Assembly (NCBI GenBank): GCA_027065775.1
Contig: JAMONN010000062.1
Span: 1 to 30,493, forward strand
Origin: Flavobacteriaceae bacterium
Lineage (GTDB): Bacteria; Bacteroidota; Bacteroidia; Flavobacteriales; Flavobacteriaceae
Direction: 5' to 3'
DNA length: 30,493 nucleotides
The notes below the pieces were generated by a model, which saw nothing but the letters and a program-made list of their open reading frames with translations, had not been told where the DNA came from and made no database searches. Positions 10,404 through 16,118 of the stretch are shown here, in pieces. Position numbers and translations under genes: made by a program. The first letter of the stretch is position 1. Every line of letters begins with the position of its first letter.

Positions 10404-10613
10404 ACATTTGCAAAAAATTACACAGTAATTCAATAATGAAAACAATATTAACACAAAGCAGCTTACTACACGGAAATTATCCGTGTGTTCGTTTTTCGAA
10501 TAGTTTCGAAAAAGGCAGATGCTTTGTGCTTAAAAAACGACAGATTTAATAAAATTTTTCTGTAAATAATATAAAAACACAAAGCATTCAATTAAATTGG
10601 ATGCTTTTTTTTG
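10404..10613 (+). ncRNA. candidate small RNA (~190 nt) with its own -7 box and an intrinsic terminator
   Basis: A TAcaTTTG box lies at 10404-10411. There is no ORF. Long-range complementarity links cacaaagca (10452-10460) with tgctttgtg (10519-10527). Internal hairpins include acacggaaattatccgtgt. The terminator is agcat / tcaattaaattgg / atgct followed by T8 at ~10578-10613. Confidence 0.3.
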
Positions 10614-10919
10614 GTCTAAATAGTAATAAAATAGTAGAAATAACGATAAAAAATTCCGAATCAAGTTCGGAATGACAATAATAAACAATAAATTTAAAAA
10701 TATTCTAAAAATTAAAAATAACTAAAATAAAATCTTGAACATAAAACCAATTGAGAGACAGACAGTTGAAAAAATGTAAAAATTCGCTAAAATGCGAAGA
10801 GGAAATCTATTGCCTAAATTTAATTTAACTGTTTGATTATCAATAAAATAAATTAATTTTTTCTTGTTTAGTAATATAATTTGTCTTTATATTTGCACCG
10901 GAAATAATTTATAAAAAAA

Positions 10920-11027
10920 ATGAAACAATTTAATTTACATATAGAACTGCCGAGTTTATCATTACAACGATTTTATAGTTGTGAAGAATCGCAAATAAAA
11001 GATATTGGAGAATGTTTATTAGAATAA
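10920..11027 (+). CDS. 35-aa small ORF (MKQFNLHIELPSLSLQRFYSCEESQIKDIGECLLE) with its own promoter and terminator; alternatively a non-coding sRNA
   Basis: A -7 box TAtaTTTG lies at 10888-10895 and the ATG at 10920. The TAA stop is followed by the terminator gcatctc / ctaacc / gagatgc plus a T-run (11051-11079). Confidence 0.25.
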   Translation: MKQFNLHIELPSLSLQRFYSCEESQIKDIGECLLE

Positions 11028-11092
11028 CTATGTAAAATACATATTTATAAAAGCATCTCCTAACCGAGATGCTTTTTTTATGCAATTAATTT

Positions 11093-11179
11093 GGAAGAGC
11101 AAGCCAATTGGTGGTGGCCGCAGTTTTGAACATTGTTAGGAGATAATGACTCGTGTGGGTTCGATTCCCACTTCTTCCG
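11093..11179 (+). tRNA. tRNA-like gene with a long variable arm (class II-like) and a defective anticodon stem; possible pseudo-tRNA
   Basis: The acceptor pair GGAAGAG / TTCTTCC, the D-stem GCCA / TGGC and the T-arm GTGGG-TTCGATT-CCCAC are intact. No 5-bp stem with a 7-nt loop can be drawn around ...cgcagttttgaacattg.... Coordinates are approximate to within 1 nt. Confidence 0.35.
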
Positions 11180-11189
11180 CAAAAAAAAT

Positions 11190-11276
11190 GGAGAGTAGGC
11201 AAATATTGGTTTGTTGCGCTTGTTTGCTAAACAAGTCTATGTAAAAGTAGTGAAGGTTCGATTCCTTTATTCTCCG
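11190..11276 (+). tRNA. tRNA-Ser (anticodon GCT)
   Basis: Acceptor GGAGAGT / ATTCTCC, D-stem GCAA / TTGC, anticodon stem CTTGT / ACAAG with loop ttGCTaa, a 16-nt variable arm and T-arm GAAGG-TTCGATT-CCTTT. It is AT-rich. Confidence 0.8.
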
Positions 11277-11288
11277 CAATTAAATTAA

Positions 11289-11371
11289 GGAAATGTTGAG
11301 CAATTGGTTGGCTCACCTGACTGTAAATCAGGTCTGTAAAAAGCATGTAGGTTCAAATCCTACCATTTCCA
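11289..11371 (+). tRNA. tRNA-Tyr (anticodon GTA)
   Basis: Acceptor GGAAATG / CATTTCC, D-stem GAGC / GCTC, anticodon stem CCTGA / TCAGG with loop ctGTAaa, a long variable arm, T-arm GTAGG-TTCAAAT-CCTAC and discriminator A. Confidence 0.85.
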
Positions 11372-11435
11372 CAAAGCACTGAAATAATTCAACTGTCTCT
11401 TGAGTTGTTTGTTTTAAATAATAATCAGTGCTAAA

Positions 11436-11507
11436 TCTGAGAAGATAACGTTGGTAGTTTACTCGCCTTGGACGCGAGAGGTTGCAAGTTCGATTCTTGC
11501 TTCTCAG
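11436..11507 (+). tRNA. tRNA-Pro (anticodon TGG)
   Basis: C1:G72 acceptor CTGAGAA / TTCTCAG (typical for bacterial tRNA-Pro), anticodon stem CTCGC / GCGAG with loop ctTGGac, T-arm GCAAG-TTCGATT-CTTGC and discriminator A. Confidence 0.75.
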
Positions 11508-11512
11508 ACAAA

Positions 11513-11585
11513 TGTTCCGTTAGTATAATGGTTAGTACGCTTGACTTTCTATCAAGATATAAGAGTTCGATTCTCTTACGGAATA
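11513..11585 (+). tRNA. tRNA-Glu (anticodon TTC), unusually AT-rich (~34% GC), with G1·U72 and a pyrimidine at position 37
   Basis: Acceptor GTTCCGT / ACGGAAT, D-stem GTAT / GTAC, anticodon stem CTTGA / TCAAG with loop ctTTCta and T-arm AAGAG-TTCGATT-CTCTT. Confidence 0.65.
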
Positions 11586-11590
11586 CAAAT

Positions 11591-11663
11591 GCAGCAATGG
11601 CGGAATGGTATACGCGTTGGTTTTAGAAACCAAATTTTGAAAGTTCGAGTCTTTCTTGCTGTA
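11591..11663 (+). tRNA. non-canonical class-I tRNA with anticodon TAG (a Leu anticodon but no long variable arm), with G1·U72
   Basis: Acceptor GCAGCAA / TTGCTGT, D-stem GCG / CGC, anticodon stem TTGGT / ACCAA with loop ttTAGaa, a 5-nt variable loop, T-arm GAAAG-TTCGAGT-CTTTC and discriminator A. Confidence 0.55.
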
Positions 11664-11668
11664 CAAAT

Positions 11669-11748
11669 TGACTTGTGATGTAATGGTTAGATATAAGAAT
11701 TTGACTCTTATTATAGAGGTTCTTCCAAATTTCGGACTTTCAAGTCAA
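11669..11748 (+). tRNA. tRNA-Gln-like (anticodon TTG, U1:A72 as in bacterial tRNA-Gln) with an aberrant, enlarged T-arm region; possible pseudogene or structural variant
   Basis: Acceptor TGACTTG / CAAGTCA, anticodon stem TAAGA / TCTTA with loop atTTGac. There are 30 nt between the anticodon arm and the 3' acceptor strand instead of ~22, and no canonical TTCGA T-loop (ggttcttcc instead). Confidence 0.4.
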
Positions 11749-11755
11749 TAAATAT

Positions 11756-11830
11756 GGTGTTATTGTTGAAACTGGTTTATCATAGAAGGTTGTGAACTTT
11801 CCGTTACGAGTTCGAGTCTCGTATAACACC
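11756..11830 (+). tRNA. tRNA-His (anticodon GTG), with the encoded G-1
   Basis: G-1 is followed by acceptor GTGTTAT / ATAACAC and discriminator C73. Anticodon stem GAAGG / CTTTC with loop ttGTGaa and T-arm ACGAG-TTCGAGT-CTCGT. Confidence 0.8.
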
Positions 11831-11942
11831 CAAAATAGAAATATAGTTTAATTAGATAAAACCTTGGTTTACGACATCAAAAATGCGAGTTCTCCCGAAG
11901 TTTCGGGATTGCTATTTCTACAAAAAATAAAAATAATTTTTA

Positions 11943-11963
11943 TTACGCAAAAAGATTGCGTAA
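11943..11963. promoter_or_regulatory. operator-like perfect inverted repeat TTACGCAA-aaaga-TTGCGTAA, copy 2
   Basis: Perfect 8-bp arms with a 5-bp spacer. The flanks (aataatttttatta...) match copy 1 at 8225-8254. Confidence 0.45.
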
Positions 11964-12006
11964 CAGATTAAGTTATTTGTATCATAATTAAATACAACTA
12001 GTAATT

Positions 12007-12036
12007 CTCTGATGTTTAGTGGATGAAACATCAGAG
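12007..12036 (+). promoter_or_regulatory. conserved leader hairpin, copy 2 (perfect 11-bp stem)
   Basis: ctctgatgttt / agtggatg / aaacatcagag. It lies at the same 44-45 nt distance from the palindrome as copy 1. Confidence 0.45.
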
Positions 12037-12238
12037 ATTGTTTGATAATTAATAAGTTCTTTAAAATATAATTTCAATTTGGTTTGAAATGTAAAATTTT
12101 TCCGTTAAAACGGAAAACAAGGTAGAAAAAAGTAATTAGAAAACCTGATACGTGTTTCTGAATAGCACTATGGTATTGTACTTAATAAGTAACAATATGC
12201 CGTTTCGGTTATTTTTGTTTTACCACACCTTGTAGGTC

Positions 12239-12404
12239 GAAGGTTCGATTCCTTCTCTAGTTTATTCTAGATAGTTCAGCGGTTAGAACAACAAGTTGCT
12301 TGTTACAGGTTCGAGTCCTGTTTCCAATACTTAACAATATTTGTTGGAATAACTCAATTGGTAGAGTAGCACTACACTTTCAATGTAGGTTCGAAGAAGA
12401 TCAC
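12239..12404 (+). pseudogene. cluster of degenerate tRNA remnants (T-arms and D-arms without functional acceptor or anticodon stems)
   Basis: (a) 12239-12255, gaaggttcgattccttc, has 16 bp identical to the tRNA-Ser T-arm at 11258-11273. (b) ~12266-12329 has a perfect D-arm (gttc-agcggtta-gaac) and T-arm (acagg-ttcgagt-cctgt), but its anticodon arm is 15 nt and the acceptor strands do not pair. (c) ~12346-12404 has a D-arm (actc-aattggta-gagt) and a truncated T-loop (ggttcgaag). Confidence 0.4.
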
Positions 12405-12736
12405 TTCTAAAAAGATCGATGAATTTAAGGTTCATTTAATGAAGTTGATTACTTCTAAAAATAATCAAAACCAAAAGAAATCTAAAACAAGTCGGTTATT
12501 ACGTTTACGCAATAACACTCTTAAAAAAACCTTGAAGTTTAAGGATTCCGTACTATTAATTAGTATTACTTTTTAAAAGAATTGTTTTGTACAACTACAA
12601 ACTTGTAGTTTTATAATTCACTTTTGTTTAATAACTAATATTAGGCAATGTTACTCAATTAAACTTCCGTATTTAAAAGAGGGTTTGTTTTAGATGTCTT
12701 TTACAAAAACGAATAATAAAATTAAATATAAATAAA

Positions 12737-13834
12737 ATGAAAAAAGTAAGAATTAACGAAGGTAAAATAGGTTTGGTTTTTAAAAACGGAAACTACAAAA
12801 GAGTATTAACTAGTGGTAACTATTGGTTATTGTTCTCTGAAAAAGTATACATATACAATTTAAGTACTGAGTTTTTTGCACCAGTAAAATTAGAATTATT
12901 GTTGCAAAATATTGATTTAGAGAATAAATTAAATATTATAGAGGTATTGGACAACGAAATTGTTTTAAAATATGAAAACAAGATTTTTAAAGGTGTTTTA
13001 AGAGCAGGTAAATATGCATTTTGGAAAAGTAAAATCAATAATTACACTTTTACAAAAGTAGATTTAAGTAAGGTTGAAATTACGGAAACTATTAGTAAAT
13101 CTGTTTTAAAAAAAGCAGAGTTATTGCAATATTTAAGAGTTTACGTTGTAGAATCTTACGAAAAAGCAATTTTGTTTTTAAATGGTAAAATACAAGAAGT
13201 TTTAAAAAGTGGTACATATTATTTTTGGAAAAACGATGTGAATATTAAAATTGAAAAAGTGGATTTAAGACAAATTCAGTTAGAAATTTCAGGTCAAGAA
13301 ATGTTAACCAAAGATAAAACCGCTTTAAGAATCAACTTTTATGCTCAATATAAAGTAGTTGATATCAATAAAGCTTTATTAGATAATAAAAATTTCGAGA
13401 AGCAATTGTATATTTTAATTCAATTAGTTTTAAGAGAATATATTAGTGCATTAACTTTAGATGAATTGTTAGAAAACAAAATAACTATTGCAAATAAAGT
13501 TTCTGATGATGTTGGCAAGAAAGCAATGACTTTAGGTGTTCAGATTTTAGATTCTGGTATTAGAGACGTTATTTTGCCTGGTGAGATTAAAGATATTATG
13601 AATCAAGTATTAATTGCTCAAAAGAAAGCACAAGCCAATGTGATTTCTAGAAGAGAAGAAACCGCAGCAACAAGAAGTTTGCTAAACACTGCAAAATTAA
13701 TGGAAGATAACGCGATGTTATTCAAATTAAAAGAAATGGAATATGTCGAAAAAATTGCAGATAAAATTGGTGAAATTACAGTTGCTGGTAGCGGAAATGT
13801 AGTGGAGCAATTAAAGACTATTTTTAGTAAGTAA
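12737..13834 (+). CDS. SPFH/band-7 (prohibitin/stomatin-like) protein with an N-terminal extension containing a repeated motif
   Basis: The C-terminal half carries the SPFH signature (GVQILDSGIRDVILPGEIKDIMNQVLIAQKKAQANVISRREETAATRSLLNTAKLMEDNA). The N-terminal ~135 aa contain three ~35-aa repeats of G.Y.FWK...KVDL. Confidence 0.75.
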   Translation: MKKVRINEGKIGLVFKNGNYKRVLTSGNYWLLFSEKVYIYNLSTEFFAPVKLELLLQNIDLENKLNIIEVLDNEIVLKYENKIFKGVLRAGKYAFWKSKINNYTFTKVDLSKVEITETISKSVLKKAELLQYLRVYVVESYEKAILFLNGKIQEVLKSGTYYFWKNDVNIKIEKVDLRQIQLEISGQEMLTKDKTALRINFYAQYKVVDINKALLDNKNFEKQLYILIQLVLREYISALTLDELLENKITIANKVSDDVGKKAMTLGVQILDSGIRDVILPGEIKDIMNQVLIAQKKAQANVISRREETAATRSLLNTAKLMEDNAMLFKLKEMEYVEKIADKIGEITVAGSGNVVEQLKTIFSK

Positions 13835-13884
13835 ATTTATTAAACTTCAAAAATAAAGAAGATTCTTTATTAGAAAGGTAATTA

Positions 13885-13915
13885 ATTCATACGATGATTT
13901 TAAATCATCGTATGA
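13885..13915. terminator. 31-nt perfect palindrome (15-bp stem), a probable bidirectional terminator between the convergent SPFH and mobA-like genes
   Basis: ttcatacgatgattt / a / aaatcatcgtatgaa. Confidence 0.5.
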
Positions 13916-13918
13916 ATA

Positions 13919-15055
13919 TTATAAAAATAATTTTGATGAAAATTTAGAATTTAATTTTATCAAATCTTCTTTAGTATTCACGTTTTGAATAATTTCATCA
14001 CTAATTTCTACAATTTCTACGTCATTATTTATCAATACTTTTCTAGGGCAAGAATAACCTTGTGCTAAATAATTTAGCAAAATAGGATATGCTTTTGGTT
14101 CCCAAATAGTAATTAATGGTTCTGGAAAATTTTTACTTTTACCTTTAAATGTGGTTGCAATTTTAGACGGATTTCTTTTAGATAATAATAAATTTATAAT
14201 CTCTTTACTTATAAATGGTAAATCGGTAGCTACAACTAGCCATGCTTTATTTGGGTTATGCATAAAAGCAGAACAAATGCCACTAAATGGTCCGAGATCT
14301 AAAAATTTATCCGTAATAATTTGTGTTTCATTTGCTAATTGATTTTCATCTCTAACCGAATAAAAAATATTATTTTCTGTAATAGAATCACCTAACACAT
14401 CTAACAAATATTCTCGTTGAGGTTTACCGTGGTAATCTAAATTACTTTTATCGGTTCCCATTCTTTTACTTTTTCCGCCAATAAGAATCAAACCATTTAC
14501 CGAAGCAATTTTTTCTTGAATTAAATTTTCTATATGATTAGAAATAGTATCTATTTCATCTATTTCATAACATTTTAAGTTTTTAATTGCGGGTTGCTTT
14601 TCCACTAAAAAATCGAAAAATTTAGCATCTTTAGTCGCTTTAATAATAAATTGAATATTATCTAACTGCTCTAAACGTTTTAAAACAGATGCTTCTTTTT
14701 CATTATCTAAAATAAGAATTTGTTGTGTTGCTTGATAATGATTTCCGTTTACAAAAACTAAATCATGCCCACTGAATTCAATTTTTAAATTATATGGATT
14801 TTCATCTTGAAGAGCCGTTTTTTCTACAAATCCGTTTTTATTAAAAGTAAGAACATCGATATTTGGCACTTGTTTTTCAAAATCATGTGACGCATCAAAA
14901 TAAGCGATTTTGTGCTTTTTTTGCAATTTTTCGCTAATATTCCGTACTAAATTAGCAATATTTGAACATTTTGATCCTAAAATAGCAATTTCGTTTGGAG
15001 CAAAATTACCGTTATTTCTTCTTTTTATGTTTTTGTGTTTTCCCATTTTTCCCAT
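13919..15055 (-). CDS. mobA: MobB-like (degenerate P-loop) / MobA-like nucleotidyltransferase fusion (molybdenum cofactor guanylyltransferase-like)
   Basis: The C-terminal half carries the MobA motifs LILIGGKSKRMGTDKSNLDYHGKPQ and WLVVATDLPFI. The N-terminal half resembles MobB (LVFVNGNHYQ...ILILDN), but the Walker A is degenerate (AILGSKCSNIANL). The track start at 15070 is a TTG; the first ATG is at 15053-15055 (MGKMGKHK...). Confidence 0.55.
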   Translation of the reverse strand: MGKMGKHKNIKRRNNGNFAPNEIAILGSKCSNIANLVRNISEKLQKKHKIAYFDASHDFEKQVPNIDVLTFNKNGFVEKTALQDENPYNLKIEFSGHDLVFVNGNHYQATQQILILDNEKEASVLKRLEQLDNIQFIIKATKDAKFFDFLVEKQPAIKNLKCYEIDEIDTISNHIENLIQEKIASVNGLILIGGKSKRMGTDKSNLDYHGKPQREYLLDVLGDSITENNIFYSVRDENQLANETQIITDKFLDLGPFSGICSAFMHNPNKAWLVVATDLPFISKEIINLLLSKRNPSKIATTFKGKSKNFPEPLITIWEPKAYPILLNYLAQGYSCPRKVLINNDVEIVEISDEIIQNVNTKEDLIKLNSKFSSKLFL

Positions 15056-15062
15056 CTTTTGT

Positions 15063-15079
15063 CTTCCCAAAGGGAAGAA
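15063..15079. promoter_or_regulatory. palindrome TCTTCCC-aaa-GGGAAGA just upstream of the mobA-like start
   Basis: Perfect 7-bp arms. A related copy lies at 15311-15327 with an extended flank match (cccatctttTGTCTTCCC versus GGGAAGACggaagatggg). Confidence 0.4.
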
Positions 15080-15310
15080 ATTGGTTTGTTATTTAATGCT
15101 GGATTTTTATACTTGGTTTATCTTTTATCACTACAAGTTTACTCTTATTGTTTGATTCGTGAGACTCTAAAAAATTATTTTCAATTTTTTAGTTAGTTAT
15201 GTCTTTGACTTGGCGAGTCGAACTAATCCCGATTTTTTAACGGGATATTGGTTTAATACCTTTTATTAAATTTATTAAGAACCGTTTTTTTACCTTGGTA
15301 CTTTTCAGTT

Positions 15311-15327
15311 TCTTCCCTTAGGGAAGA
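15311..15327. promoter_or_regulatory. palindrome TCTTCCC-tta-GGGAAGA just downstream of the proC stop
   Basis: Second copy of the 15063-15079 element. The pair brackets the ~230-bp mobA-proC spacer. Confidence 0.4.
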
Positions 15328-15341
15328 CGGAAGATGGGATT

Positions 15342-16118
15342 TTACAACTTCTTAATTTTATTATAACTTGCTTGAATACCTTGTATTAAAGCCGAACTAA
15401 ATCCTTCTTGTTCCATTTTATTAAGACCTGTAATAGTAATACCTAATGGTGTGGTTACTTTGTCAATTTCAGATTCTGGATGCGAATTGTTTTTTAAAAT
15501 TAAACTCGTAGCGCCTTTTATAGTTTGTGCTGCAATTTTTTTAGCGTCATCACTTTCAAAACCAATTTCAATGCCACCTTGCATTGCTGCTCTTAAATAA
15601 CGTAAGGCAAATGCAGTGCCGCTTGCTGCTAAAACAGTTGCCGAACCCATTAATTCATCTTCAATAAATAAGGTTTCACCTAAAGCATTAAATAATTTTT
15701 CTACGGTTTGTTTTTGTTCTTCTGTACCATTATTAGTAGCAATACAAGTCATCGATTCTTTTATCGCAATTGCTGTATTTGGCATTGCTCTAAACAATGT
15801 TGTTTTATTAATTTTAGTGGCTAAATCTGCTAAAGAAATTCCTGTTATGGTAGAAATAACCACACAGTTTTCTAATATTAAATCCGTTAGAACCTCATCT
15901 AATTTATGAGGTTGTACACATAAAAAAACCACATCTTTATGGTGAATTGCTTTCTTATTATCATTAGTAATTACAACACCAAGTTTTTTAAAATTTTCTA
16001 ACGATTTATAATTTCGTTTCGTTAAAGTTAAATTTTCTGGTTTCACTAATTTAGATTCTAATAGACCATTTGCTATTGCTTTTCCTAAATTACCTGTACC
16101 AATTATTGCTATTTTCAT
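15342..16118 (-). CDS. proC: pyrroline-5-carboxylate reductase
   Basis: 258 aa with the N-terminal Rossmann motif MKIAIIGTGNLGKAIANGL and the P5CR C-terminal dimerisation domain. Confidence 0.85.
   Translation of the reverse strand: MKIAIIGTGNLGKAIANGLLESKLVKPENLTLTKRNYKSLENFKKLGVVITNDNKKAIHHKDVVFLCVQPHKLDEVLTDLILENCVVISTITGISLADLATKINKTTLFRAMPNTAIAIKESMTCIATNNGTEEQKQTVEKLFNALGETLFIEDELMGSATVLAASGTAFALRYLRAAMQGGIEIGFESDDAKKIAAQTIKGATSLILKNNSHPESEIDKVTTPLGITITGLNKMEQEGFSSALIQGIQASYNKIKKL

Noticed and set aside
11051-11079. Hairpin plus T-run upstream of the tRNA array as a hard transcription stop isolating the array
   Set aside because: There is no convincing separate promoter in the 15 nt between it and the first tRNA-like gene. 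It is more likely a leaky terminator or processing signal, so it is kept only as part of the micro-gene finding.
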